From an uncultured Lentimicrobiaceae bacterium (GTDB lineage Bacteria; Bacteroidota; Bacteroidia; Bacteroidales; F082): a stretch of DNA of 64,000 nt. The stretch is taken from contig CAYQND010000002.1 in assembly GCA_964418895.1 (NCBI GenBank), positions 212,093 to 276,092 of the forward strand, given 5' to 3'. This document shows positions 36,886 through 46,372 of this stretch, piece after piece (the first letter of the stretch is position 1; the number at the start of each line of letters is the position of its first letter). A program made the translations under genes and the position numbers. Under the pieces are notes generated by a model that saw only the letters and a list, made by a program, of their open reading frames with translations, had not been told where the DNA came from and did no database searches.

Positions 36886-37557
36886 TTATTCTAAATCGTA
36901 ATTTACAGTGTTGTTCAGCAGTTGCGCAAAGTCGTGAGTCGTTTTGAACTCTTCCAGAGCCCATTCTATCAGATGGCTGTCGTAGAGACGTTCGTTAGAG
37001 ATGTCTTGCATCAAGAGCCAGTCGCGTTGCTTGAAAAGTTCGGCATCTGGATGGTCTTTCGGGTATCCATTGGGCACGCGTGAGGTGTTGTTTTCGGTAT
37101 CAAGTGAGAAATGTTTCGCTTTCGAAATTGCCTTTTTGAAAGGCTTGCTGTCGAAAAGGACGGCATCGCGGATGCTTTTGACCATTTCCTTGTCGGGGCA
37201 ATACATTCCCGTACATAAAAGGCAATGGTTCAGATAGTTGGCATCATCAGGTTCAAGATGGAAGTAGTAACCGCCGAGCATGGACTTTTTACCGCCTGGA
37301 CTGATGAAAACGCCAAAATGATTCTTGTAAGGACTCTTGTCAGTGGAAAAGCGGATGTCGCGATAGAAGCGGTAGGTGCAGTCTTTCAGGGTGAGGTTTT
37401 TACAACTGTCATCGAATTTCTGTACGCCGAGAATGAGTTGTTCGGCAATCTCATTGAAATTCTGCTGCGCTTTCAGGTACTCGTTCTTATGCTCTTGAAA
37501 CCAAGGCCTGTTGTTGTTGCGCAATATGCCTTCCAGAAACTTGAATATCTCTTCCAT
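36886..37557 (-). CDS. DUF2461 (TIGR02453) family protein
   Basis: NNNRPWFQEHKNEYL...YRFYRDIRFS is characteristic of this family (from memory). Confidence 0.75.
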   Translation of the reverse strand: MEEIFKFLEGILRNNNRPWFQEHKNEYLKAQQNFNEIAEQLILGVQKFDDSCKNLTLKDCTYRFYRDIRFSTDKSPYKNHFGVFISPGGKKSMLGGYYFHLEPDDANYLNHCLLCTGMYCPDKEMVKSIRDAVLFDSKPFKKAISKAKHFSLDTENNTSRVPNGYPKDHPDAELFKQRDWLLMQDISNERLYDSHLIEWALEEFKTTHDFAQLLNNTVNYDLE

Positions 37558-37632
37558 GATATGATGTGTTTTTTCGTGGCATCAAGCCACTGTTGGCTTT
37601 ATAGCCTTATTCTAATGTCCTATCGTTTGTTG

Positions 37633-37640
37633 CAAAAGTA
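37633..37640 (-). promoter_or_regulatory. -7 promoter box (minus strand TACTTTTG)
   Basis: The + strand reads CAAAAGTA, 75 nt upstream of the ATG at 37557. Confidence 0.3.
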
Positions 37641-37711
37641 GCAAACACTTTTGTAATGGTGACCTTCATTGCACAAACATCTTGGCGATGAGGTGTCTCA
37701 TAAGACAAGAA

Positions 37712-37736
37712 AAGGCCGCCGCGAAACGGCAGCCTT
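37712..37736 (-). terminator. rho-independent terminator after pheS
   Basis: The minus strand reads AAGGCTGCCG-TTTCG-CGGCGGCCTT with one mismatch, followed by TTTTCTTGTCTT. Confidence 0.6.
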
Positions 37737-37758
37737 GTTAGTGAATGACGAATCTTCG

Positions 37759-38772
37759 TCAGGCGAGTTCGAACTGTTCGAGGAAACGAAGGTCGTTTTC
37801 AAAGAACAGACGCAAGTCGTTGATTTGGTATTTCAGCATGGCGATACGTTCCACGCCCATACCGAAAGCGAAACCGGTGTATTTTTCAGGGTCTATGCCG
37901 CTGGCGATGAGAATGTTAGGGTCGCACATGCCGCATCCTAAAATCTCCACCCAGCCGGAGTGCTTGCAGATGTTGCATCCTGCGCCGCCGCAGATGTTGC
38001 ACGAGATGTCCATTTCAGCCGAGGTCTCGGTGAATGGGAAATAGGATGGACGGAAGCGCACTTTGGTGCCTTCGCCGAAAAACTCCTGAACGAAATGGTA
38101 CAAGGTCTGTTTCAGGTCGGCGAAAGAGACGTTCTCGTCGATATAAAGTCCTTCTATCTGATGGAACATGCAATGTGCGCGAGCCGATATGGCTTCGTTG
38201 CGGAACACGCGTCCCGGGGCGATGATGCGGATGGGCAACTTGCCTTGTTCCATCACCCTGACTTGGATGCTCGACGTGTGGGTGCGCAGCAGCACATCGG
38301 GATTCTTCGTGATGAAGAAGGTGTCCTGCATGTCGCGTGCCGGATGGTCGGGCGGGAAGTTCAAGGCCGAGAACACGTGGAAGTCGTCTTCTATTTCAGG
38401 ACCTTCGGCGATGGTGAAGCCGAGGTGTTCGAAAATAGTGTTGATGTCGCGGCGGACGATGGACAAAGGATGGCGTGAGCCGCGCATCTCGTTGGCCGGC
38501 ATGCTCATGTCGAAGTCGGCTTCCGAATGATGTTGTGACTCGAATTTCTCAAGTTGTTCATCTACCTTGTCCTGAATGGTGTTCTTCAATTCGTTGAGTC
38601 TCATGCCAATTTCCTTGCGCAAATCGGGTGAAACGTTCTTGAAATCGGCAAACAGACTCGGGACAATACCTTTTTTACTGAGATAAGTGATGCGGAAGTT
38701 CTCAAGATCTTCCTTCGTGTTGGCGTTGAAATTCTTGACTTCGCTTAATATCTGTTCTATTTTATCTTTCAT
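37759..38772 (-). CDS. pheS: phenylalanine--tRNA ligase alpha subunit
   Basis: Class II aaRS motifs are present (FRNEAISARAH, GFAFGMGVERIAML), and the length matches PheS. Confidence 0.95.
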   Translation of the reverse strand: MKDKIEQILSEVKNFNANTKEDLENFRITYLSKKGIVPSLFADFKNVSPDLRKEIGMRLNELKNTIQDKVDEQLEKFESQHHSEADFDMSMPANEMRGSRHPLSIVRRDINTIFEHLGFTIAEGPEIEDDFHVFSALNFPPDHPARDMQDTFFITKNPDVLLRTHTSSIQVRVMEQGKLPIRIIAPGRVFRNEAISARAHCMFHQIEGLYIDENVSFADLKQTLYHFVQEFFGEGTKVRFRPSYFPFTETSAEMDISCNICGGAGCNICKHSGWVEILGCGMCDPNILIASGIDPEKYTGFAFGMGVERIAMLKYQINDLRLFFENDLRFLEQFELA

Positions 38773-38795
38773 CTAAACTAAGTGACTACGTTCTG

Positions 38796-39422
38796 TTATT
38801 TCTGAATCTCCATTGAGATGATGGTGACGGGTTCGACAGGCACATCCTGATATCCGGTTTGCACGGCGGCTATCTTATCGACGACGTCGAGGCCTTCGAC
38901 AACTTCGCCGAAGACGGTGTAGTCGCCATCGAGATGTGGCGTGCCGCCTAAGGTTTTGTAGGTCTGTCTTTGTCTGGCGGAGTACATTTTGCCGTAGTTG
39001 TCTTCCATCCTGTCAAGTTCCTTGTCGCTCCACACTCTGCCTTGTACGATATAGAACTGCGAGCCGCTTGAGGCTTTCTTGGGGTTCACGTTGTCGCCTT
39101 GACGTGCAGCGCATAGGGCGCCTTTCTTGTGGAAATGGTTGTCGCGGATTTCAGCAGGGACGGTATAGTTCGGATCCTCTCTTCCGTCGGCATTTTGACC
39201 GCCTTGTATCATGAAATTCTTGATGACGCGGTGAAAAGGCGAGCCTTTAAACCATCCTTCGTTGACGAGTTTTATGAAATTGTCGCGATGCTGCGGCGTA
39301 TCATTGTAAAGTTTCACTTTAATTGTGCCGTAGTTGGTTGTCATGACCACAACGGTCTCTGCATTTTGTGCATAGCATGTAACGCTGGCGAGAACCAGCA
39401 CGGCAAGAATAAGTCTTTTCAT
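38796..39422 (-). CDS. peptidylprolyl isomerase (cyclophilin type), secreted
   Basis: Signal peptide, then FHRVIKNFMIQGG and SQFYIV, which are cyclophilin blocks. Confidence 0.9.
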   Translation of the reverse strand: MKRLILAVLVLASVTCYAQNAETVVVMTTNYGTIKVKLYNDTPQHRDNFIKLVNEGWFKGSPFHRVIKNFMIQGGQNADGREDPNYTVPAEIRDNHFHKKGALCAARQGDNVNPKKASSGSQFYIVQGRVWSDKELDRMEDNYGKMYSARQRQTYKTLGGTPHLDGDYTVFGEVVEGLDVVDKIAAVQTGYQDVPVEPVTIISMEIQK

Positions 39423-39455
39423 AACGCTGTGTCTTTAAACTTGCAAAATTATGTA

Positions 39456-40817
39456 TTATTCCCCGACTATGGAATAGGTTATTTCCAGTTTCAGCCGCTT
39501 GCTTCCGCCAGAGTTGGGTCCTGCGACAATCCAGCGGTTGGCATTGTATGCGCCCGCATTGATAGCCACGTAGATGCCTTTGTTCGGCTTGTCGCCCTGA
39601 ATCAGGTTCTGAAGGTATTCGCTGATACGGAATGTAACGCTGTTGGTCTTTGAGGAATAGGAACCTCCGTAGTAACTTGACCCTTCATAATAGTCAGGCA
39701 GCAGGTAAGTTGAGCCGTCTTCGTTGATGCCGTAAAGGACGAGTGCGCTTGGATGTCCATATATGGAGGTGTCTCCTGCTACTTCCGATGCCGGAATGAT
39801 GAGTTTGGCCTGGTTGATGACGACATGCTGATAGTCTTCCAGTGAATCGCCACCCAAATGGAGGACGTTGGGGAATCTCAGGAATGTCCTGACGCCGCCG
39901 GTAGCCTGCAGATAGAGCACTTGTGCACCTAAGGTGGTGTCACCGTTGACGACTTGGTTCACGAAGGCTTCTGACCCCAATGTGTAGTTGTGGTCAAAGT
40001 GGTTGAAATACTTGTCGGCCGATGTGACGTAAAAGTCGTAGCGGCTCGTTGTGGTCGCTTCGGGTGATTCGTGGTAGTAGAGTTGCAGCAGCGTGTAGTC
40101 GTGGTTGGTCAGCGTGATGTAACTGACGGAACCGCCTGCACTGACGGATTCGCAGGTCACATAAAGGCCTTTCAGGAATTCCTTGAAGTTGTCAGGCTCC
40201 GAATAGGCGTCGTCGCCCGCTGTGAGGAGTTTGTTTCCGAAGGATGCCGAGAGCGGGATTCTGATTACAGGCTTCTTTAGGGTGTCGGAACCTATGACGT
40301 ATCCTGTCGTGTTGGGTTTTGGCTTGAATTGATAGCCGTTGGCGAAATCTTCCGTTTCGGTCGGAATGATGCTGAAACTATAATAAGTCTCGCTTGACGA
40401 GAGGGAATCGCTCATCTCGTAAACGTGTACGGTCTGCAAGGTCGTGGTGTCGCCGTAATAGCCGCTCAGATTCAGTTGGAGCACAACGGAATCGAGCACG
40501 GCGTTTTCGCCGAATTGTTGTCCTGATGAAGACAGGTGCAACTGGGTGTAGAAACCGGCATTGGTGCGGCCGAACACGGGATCCATCATGCTGCCCAGAA
40601 GGGCGTATGTGACCGATGTCGTTCCCATTGAGTCAACGAAAGTGGAGTAGCACTCGATGGAGGTGGTGTCCGTAAAATATGCGCCGATATAATTGCTTTC
40701 AGGCTGCAACTCGTTGCCGATGGTGTCCGGCGATTTCTTGCACGAGAAATTGAACAAGGTCGAAGCGCCAATCATTAACGCTAATAATAATCGAGCGGTA
40801 GAATGATGTGTTTTCAA
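39456..40817 (-). CDS. DUF4270-like lipoprotein
   Basis: Lipobox LFNFSC. Position next to the short glycogen-synthase-like gene is the usual Bacteroidetes context for DUF4270 (from memory). Confidence 0.65.
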   Translation of the reverse strand: MKTHHSTARLLLALMIGASTLFNFSCKKSPDTIGNELQPESNYIGAYFTDTTSIECYSTFVDSMGTTSVTYALLGSMMDPVFGRTNAGFYTQLHLSSSGQQFGENAVLDSVVLQLNLSGYYGDTTTLQTVHVYEMSDSLSSSETYYSFSIIPTETEDFANGYQFKPKPNTTGYVIGSDTLKKPVIRIPLSASFGNKLLTAGDDAYSEPDNFKEFLKGLYVTCESVSAGGSVSYITLTNHDYTLLQLYYHESPEATTTSRYDFYVTSADKYFNHFDHNYTLGSEAFVNQVVNGDTTLGAQVLYLQATGGVRTFLRFPNVLHLGGDSLEDYQHVVINQAKLIIPASEVAGDTSIYGHPSALVLYGINEDGSTYLLPDYYEGSSYYGGSYSSKTNSVTFRISEYLQNLIQGDKPNKGIYVAINAGAYNANRWIVAGPNSGGSKRLKLEITYSIVGE

Positions 40818-40839
40818 GATGTGCTGTTTTGCGTCTTTG

Positions 40840-41652
40840 TTATTTCAATATCCTGTCATAAAACTCGTTATAGGCGGCCTGATAGGTCTCTTCGGGCTGG
40901 TATTCCAAAACGGGTTTTCCGCATGAGACCAGATAATCCGCAATCTCGGGATTGATCTTCTTGCTGCCGATGATCACGCCGTCGGAATAGTCTATTGCCG
41001 CCTTTGTCAAGTTAACGAAAGAAGTGTCCTTATAGTATTTGAGGTCTTTCACAGTTATTCCGGGAAGTTTCATTTTCTTGTCGAAACCTTCGGGGAAAAC
41101 CTCATTGAAATCGTCGTCATAAACGGAATAGACCACTTTGGTTTCATTGAAGAGCGGATTGTCCTTGTAGGCACGCTTGATGTAAATGGGCATCAGTGCA
41201 GACAGCCATCCGTGGCAGTGAATCAAGTCGGGCGACCAGTTGAGTTTGCGCACCGTCTCGATGACGCCGCGGTTGAAAAACACGGTGCGGTCGTCGTTAT
41301 CGTCGCAGAAACTGCCATTTGTATTGCGCATGGTGTATTTCCTTGTCGAGAAGAAATCGTCATTGTCGATGAAATAAATCTGCATCCTCGCCTTCTGAAT
41401 CGACGCCACTTTGATGATGAGCGGGTGGTCGGTGTTGTTGATGATGAGGTTCATGCCCGAAAGACGTATGACTTCATGAAGTTGATTGCGCCTCTCGTTG
41501 ATGATGCCGAAACGTGGCATGAAAATCCTGATTTCTTTTCCGCTTTCCTGAGTTGCTTGGGGTAAGTATCGTCCGATAAGACTTGCATTAGTCTCTGGCA
41601 GATATGGGGTGATTTCTTGATGGACGAAAAGTACTCTTGTCTTGTTAGCCAT
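40840..41652 (-). CDS. glycogen/starch synthase-like protein (short Bacteroidetes form, GT5 N-terminal domain only)
   Basis: RVLFVHQEITPYLPE...IRIFMPRFG...HCHGWLSAL resembles the N-terminal half of GlgA. The protein is only 270 aa. Confidence 0.75.
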   Translation of the reverse strand: MANKTRVLFVHQEITPYLPETNASLIGRYLPQATQESGKEIRIFMPRFGIINERRNQLHEVIRLSGMNLIINNTDHPLIIKVASIQKARMQIYFIDNDDFFSTRKYTMRNTNGSFCDDNDDRTVFFNRGVIETVRKLNWSPDLIHCHGWLSALMPIYIKRAYKDNPLFNETKVVYSVYDDDFNEVFPEGFDKKMKLPGITVKDLKYYKDTSFVNLTKAAIDYSDGVIIGSKKINPEIADYLVSCGKPVLEYQPEETYQAAYNEFYDRILK

Positions 41653-41677
41653 AATCTATGTACTTGGATTTCAAATG

Positions 41678-41685
41678 CAAATTTA
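41678..41685 (-). promoter_or_regulatory. -7 promoter box (minus strand TAAATTTG)
   Basis: The + strand reads CAAATTTA, 25 nt upstream of the ATG at 41652. Confidence 0.4.
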
Positions 41686-41945
41686 CAGTTTTTTTCCGAA
41701 TATAACACCATTTGTCGCCCTCGGACTAAAAATAATCCAGATTTTCATTTTTCAATTGCTTGTCTTTCTTAAGTTTCCATGACCCGCCTATCGTCAAATC
41801 CACATTGTGTAGGCCGCTGCTCGCTCCATCATTATTGACAACATTGGCTTTCTGACCTTGATTGTTTCATTTTCAACGAATTGGTATGAGCAATTATAAC
41901 ACGCCAACGACCTGGTTGGTTTCTTCGAAAAGAATTATCTTTGCC

Positions 41946-41953
41946 AATGAAAT
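41946..41953 (+). promoter_or_regulatory. -7 promoter box TATCTTTG
   Basis: 10 nt upstream of the ATG at 41964. This argues against the upstream starts at 41862 and 41886. Confidence 0.4.
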
Positions 41954-41963
41954 TCTACGTGAC

Positions 41964-43082
41964 ATGCCATACGAACATTTTGAAAATCAGGAACATGAAT
42001 GGGATTCCAACCTTAAGGTGAACGGAAGTGTCGAGCAACCCGTTCAAGTCAATCCTGATGCGTTGGAGCGACTTAAGACCAGCCGACAACACATCATGCC
42101 GCTTGATTGGTATGTCGAAGGCATACTGAAGGGAGACCGTGTCGTACTCAGCAAGGCCATCACTTTGGTGGAAAGTGTTTTGCCCCAACATCAAGACATG
42201 GCGCAGCAAATCATCGGCAAGTGCATCTCCCATTCGGGAAACGCTTTGCGTCTTGGCATCACAGGAGTTCCTGGCGCAGGGAAAAGCACCTTCATCGAGG
42301 CCCTTGGGATGCATCTGTGTCGGCAAGGCCACAAACTCGCCGTACTCGCCATCGACCCGAGCAGTCAGCGTTCCAAAGGCAGCATCATGGGTGACAAGAC
42401 GCGCATGGAACAACTTTCCGTCCAGCCACAGGCTTATATCCGTCCTTCGGCGACAGCAGGCACGCTCGGCGGCGTGGCACGCAAGACCCGCGAAACGATT
42501 ATTCTTTGCGAGGCCGCTGGCTTCGACACGATATTTGTGGAAACCGTCGGCGTCGGACAGTCCGAGACCGCAGTCCATTCCATGGTCGATTTCTTCCTGC
42601 TCATCCTCATCAGTGGCGCCGGCGACGAACTTCAAGGCATCAAGCGCGGCATCATGGAGATGGCGGATGGCATCGCCGTCAACAAAGCCGATGGCGACAA
42701 TGTGATGCGCGCCAACCGCGCCGCGGCGGAATGCCGCAATGCGCTGCATCTGTTTCCCTTGCCGGAATCAGGACAGGAAACCAAGGTCTTGACTTGTTCC
42801 GCCTTGTCAGGCTTGAACATCGACGAAGTGTGGAATATGGTTTACGAACACGTTCAGGCCATACGCCAAAACGGCTATCTTGCTCACAAACGCGCCCAGC
42901 AGGATGTCCAGATGATGTTCGACAGCATGGAAGGCGTCCTGAAAAACGATTTTTATCAAAACAAACTTGTCGCTGACATGTTGCCCCTGATTGAGGACGA
43001 TGTCCGTCAGCAGCGCTATAGCGCTTATGTCGGGGCGCAGAAACTTCTCGACACTTATTTCAACACTTTGAAAGGCCGATAA
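41964..43082 (+). CDS. meaB: methylmalonyl-CoA mutase-associated G3E GTPase MeaB/ArgK
   Basis: Walker A GVPGAGKST, then IDPSS, ETVGVGQSE and NKAD. No mutase gene lies in the window. Confidence 0.88.
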   Translation: MPYEHFENQEHEWDSNLKVNGSVEQPVQVNPDALERLKTSRQHIMPLDWYVEGILKGDRVVLSKAITLVESVLPQHQDMAQQIIGKCISHSGNALRLGITGVPGAGKSTFIEALGMHLCRQGHKLAVLAIDPSSQRSKGSIMGDKTRMEQLSVQPQAYIRPSATAGTLGGVARKTRETIILCEAAGFDTIFVETVGVGQSETAVHSMVDFFLLILISGAGDELQGIKRGIMEMADGIAVNKADGDNVMRANRAAAECRNALHLFPLPESGQETKVLTCSALSGLNIDEVWNMVYEHVQAIRQNGYLAHKRAQQDVQMMFDSMEGVLKNDFYQNKLVADMLPLIEDDVRQQRYSAYVGAQKLLDTYFNTLKGR

Positions 43083-43128
43083 TCGCTCAGAGTCTGAATT
43101 TTTTCAGCCTCTCGCATCGGCATTTGCG

Positions 43129-43416
43129 TCAGTCTTTTCCAATTTTATTGAATTTCTCCTCTGCTGTGGCTTCATCGGCTGCTTTCTCGAGGCTTTTATA
43201 AAATTCCGCCTTTTGTTCGTCGCCTTCGATATGGTACAGTTCGTTTAGGTTCCGGCAAGCCTCGTTCCATACGTTTGTCACGGCTTCATTCTGGCCTTCT
43301 TTTCCTATGTTTCTGAGCACCAATTCATATTCGTGAATGAGTTGAGCGCCCGTGTTGTTGTTAGCCTCCATTGTCTTTGCGCTGTTGAAAGCGATTTGCC
43401 ATTCCTTGAGTGCCAT
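43129..43416 (-). CDS. hypothetical small helical protein
   Basis: 95-aa ORF, charged and helix-prone, with no signal peptide and no family recognised. Confidence 0.55.
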   Translation of the reverse strand: MALKEWQIAFNSAKTMEANNNTGAQLIHEYELVLRNIGKEGQNEAVTNVWNEACRNLNELYHIEGDEQKAEFYKSLEKAADEATAEEKFNKIGKD

Positions 43417-43603
43417 ATCTATCTTGTTTTGTTAGTCAAAGTCATACAATATTCAAAACCAAGCGACAAAGATAGGAAATCGTATCGTCAGAGAGACTGG
43501 CAAAATCCGCCGAAGAGTGATGCCTTGTCTGAATCAAAGCATTAATTATTTCGATTTTCTGATGGTATTGGTTTGTTTTTTGCACATGCACCATTCGGTT
43601 TCA

Positions 43604-43611
43604 TATTTTTG
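43604..43611 (+). promoter_or_regulatory. -7 promoter box TATTTTTG
   Basis: Only 6 nt upstream of the ATG at 43618, so the mRNA would be leaderless or nearly so. Confidence 0.35.
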
Positions 43612-43617
43612 CAAGTC

Positions 43618-44460
43618 ATGTACGTGTATGCAGCGATAATTGTTTTTCTGTCCGTTCTTTATGGCACGGCAAACGTGATGCTTCGAAAACGGCTGGATCA
43701 CGGAGTCGGGATAGGGCCATTCATACAGGGCGCTGTCGGTGGCCTTATCTCAGGTCTCGTCTGGTGCGCCGGTGTTTATTTGGCGTTGAAAGATTCTTTT
43801 GCAGCCAACTTCGCGGGCTATGCCATAATCGCTGTCAAATCCATCAACCCGATTGTCTTTTTGGCCGGTTGTCTGGTCAACGCGAAGAACGCCATCAGGA
43901 TATTGGCAGGTCGTGCCTATTCTGACGAACACATCGGTTTCCTCGGCGGCTTGTGGCAAATCGTCAGCAGGCTCACGTGGGAGTTTCCGCAGACCTGGTT
44001 GGGTAATGTCTTTTCGCAAGCGCGAAACCTGGTGGGCGCGGTAGATGCCGTCGCTTATCTTGGCGGAGCGACTTATGTCATTGGAAGAAGTAAAAAATAC
44101 GGCGCAGGCGTTTCTATTGGCAACATCGTGAACCTTTGGACGGGAGGCAGATTCAACGGCGACATTTCAGAGCGTGCTGTGCACAATCCTGTGTTCATGC
44201 ACGAGTACGGCCATTACGTGGACAGTCAGATCCTCGGGCCTTTGTATCTTCTCGTCGTAGGGCTTCCCAGTTTATGCAGCGCCATTTCCACCAAGCCGAT
44301 CGAAGGAGAACCGGCCGGCGTCACCACACACGACTTCGCATGGTACGAGATGCGCGCCAACCGTCATGCGGCAAAGTATTTCGGAAAGCATTACGGCATT
44401 CTTTGGGAAGGAAGCAATGAGACTTACTTTCCAAAAGGGAAACGTCAGCATCAATGCTGA
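43618..44460 (+). CDS. hypothetical membrane protein with HExxH zincin motif
   Basis: About three N-terminal TM segments, then a soluble region containing FMHEYGHYVDSQ (HExxH). The TTG at 43573 is an alternative start. Confidence 0.7.
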   Translation: MYVYAAIIVFLSVLYGTANVMLRKRLDHGVGIGPFIQGAVGGLISGLVWCAGVYLALKDSFAANFAGYAIIAVKSINPIVFLAGCLVNAKNAIRILAGRAYSDEHIGFLGGLWQIVSRLTWEFPQTWLGNVFSQARNLVGAVDAVAYLGGATYVIGRSKKYGAGVSIGNIVNLWTGGRFNGDISERAVHNPVFMHEYGHYVDSQILGPLYLLVVGLPSLCSAISTKPIEGEPAGVTTHDFAWYEMRANRHAAKYFGKHYGILWEGSNETYFPKGKRQHQC

Positions 44461-44509
44461 TTTACAGCATGTTGCAATTCATTTAACAGCAAGAGATTAT
44501 ACGCAGAAG

Positions 44510-45847
44510 TTATTCGCCTTTGAGGCGTTTCATCAGCATTTCCGTCTTTTCCTCGAAGCCTTTTTTGCCAAGCAAGGCGAACATGTTTTTCTTGTACGCC
44601 TCGACGCCCGGCTGGTCGAAAGGATTCACGCCCAGCATGTAACCGCTCAGGGCGCACGACATCTCGAAGAAGTAAATCAGTTCGCCGATGACTTCCGCTG
44701 AAATTTCGGGGATGACGATGCGAATATTGGGCACGCCACCGTCTTCGTGGGCGAGAATGGTGCCCAGTTCGGCCATCTTGTTGATTTCCGAAAGACGACG
44801 TCCCGCGATGTAGTTCAGTTGGTCGAGGTCGTCCTTGTCCGATGGGATGCGCAGTTCAGATGCGGCGTCCTCGACGGATATCACCGTTTCGAACAGGTTG
44901 CGAAGGCCATCCTGAATGTATTGTCCCATGGAGTGGAGGTCGGTGGTGAATGTCACGGAAGCGGGGAAAACGCCCTTGTGCTCTTTGCCGTGGCTTTCGC
45001 CGAAGAGTTGCTTCCACCATTCCGAAAAATACACCAGTCGTGGCTCGTAGTTCACCATGATTTCGTTGGTTTTTCCGGCGTTGTAGAGGGCGTGGCGCAC
45101 GGCGGCATATTCAGCGACGGGATTCTCATCGAGATGTGGATTCAGTCTGCATTGCTTCTCCACTTTGACGGCTCCTTCAAGCAGTTTCCTGATGTCGATT
45201 CCGGCTACAGCGATGGGAAGCAACCCCACAGGAGTGAGCACGGAAAAGCGTCCTCCGACATCGTCAGGAACGATGAAAGTCTTGTATCCTTTGACATTGG
45301 CAAGGTGTTTCAGCGCTCCCTTTTCCTTGTCGGTGATGGCGACAATGCGGGTGGCGGCTTCTTGCTCGCCGTATTTGCCGACAAGATGATCCTTGATGAT
45401 TCGGAATGCTATCGCAGGCTCTGTTGTGGTGCCCGATTTGGAGATGACCGCCAATGAATAGTCCTTGGCGTCGAGCAGGTCGAGCAGTTCCGAGAGATAG
45501 TCTTCGCTCATGTTGTGTCCTGCATAGACCACCAGCGGTCTGGTGCCGCACAAAGAGGCGAAGTGTCCCGACAAGGCTTCAATCACGGCTCGGGCGCCGA
45601 GATAGGAGCCTCCGATGCCGATGACGACGAAAAGCTCGGATTTGCTGCGCAAGACATCGGCTGTCTTTATGATGTCTTCCACCACGTTGGCGTCAATTTC
45701 GGAGGGCAGGTTCACCCAGCCAAGGAAGTCGTTGCCAGCGCCATCCTTGCGGTAAATCGTATCGAAAGCCTCATTTATTGCTGTCTTTGATGATTCGAAG
45801 ATTTCCTTGCGTGTGAAAGGAGTGATGTGTTCCAGTTCTATTCTCAT
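44510..45847 (-). CDS. pgi: glucose-6-phosphate isomerase
   Basis: ISKSGTTTEP and DDVGGRFSVL are PGI signature blocks. Confidence 0.95.
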   Translation of the reverse strand: MRIELEHITPFTRKEIFESSKTAINEAFDTIYRKDGAGNDFLGWVNLPSEIDANVVEDIIKTADVLRSKSELFVVIGIGGSYLGARAVIEALSGHFASLCGTRPLVVYAGHNMSEDYLSELLDLLDAKDYSLAVISKSGTTTEPAIAFRIIKDHLVGKYGEQEAATRIVAITDKEKGALKHLANVKGYKTFIVPDDVGGRFSVLTPVGLLPIAVAGIDIRKLLEGAVKVEKQCRLNPHLDENPVAEYAAVRHALYNAGKTNEIMVNYEPRLVYFSEWWKQLFGESHGKEHKGVFPASVTFTTDLHSMGQYIQDGLRNLFETVISVEDAASELRIPSDKDDLDQLNYIAGRRLSEINKMAELGTILAHEDGGVPNIRIVIPEISAEVIGELIYFFEMSCALSGYMLGVNPFDQPGVEAYKKNMFALLGKKGFEEKTEMLMKRLKGE

Positions 45848-46036
45848 GACGATGCGTTTTATTTCTGCGAAGATACGTAATTATTTCCTGAAAACCTGTT
45901 TCGGCGGTTTTCACGTTTTACCAAAACAAGAAAATCCCAGCAGGGATGCCGGGATTTTCAAGAACCAAAAACCAAAATTTATGAAACCTTTAATTTACAG
46001 CACTGGGCTGTAAGGTTATTATGATAAGAACCGTTG

Positions 46037-46044
46037 CAAAAATA
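46037..46044 (-). promoter_or_regulatory. -7 promoter box (minus strand TATTTTTG), candidate pgi/leader promoter
   Basis: The + strand reads CAAAAATA. This is the only match upstream of pgi, about 190 nt from its ATG. Confidence 0.3.
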
Positions 46045-46299
46045 CTACTTTTTTCTTTTCTTGTATGGGAAAATGAGAGTTTTTTTCATCAAGTTTTTTT
46101 CGGAAGAATTTTTTTGTGTCATCAGAAAGTCGTTCGGAATAGTATGGAATATTTTTAATCACGCTTTGTACTTGTGTAACTTATTGGCAGACGTTGAATT
46201 TTAGATTGTGAGAAATGAAATTAATTAAGGTGTGAAGTTGTAAAATACGCTGAACAAGAAAATATTTAATAGAAAATGCAGTTTGATTAAATAAAAGTA

Positions 46300-46307
46300 T
46301 AAATTTG
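46300..46307 (+). promoter_or_regulatory. -7 promoter box TAAATTTG
   Basis: 65 nt upstream of the GTG at 46373. Confidence 0.4.
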
Positions 46308-46372
46308 CAAGGTTAAAATAGAAGAGCAGATTTTTGATTTAAAATCATTTTTTAGTTTAAGGAGGAATAATT

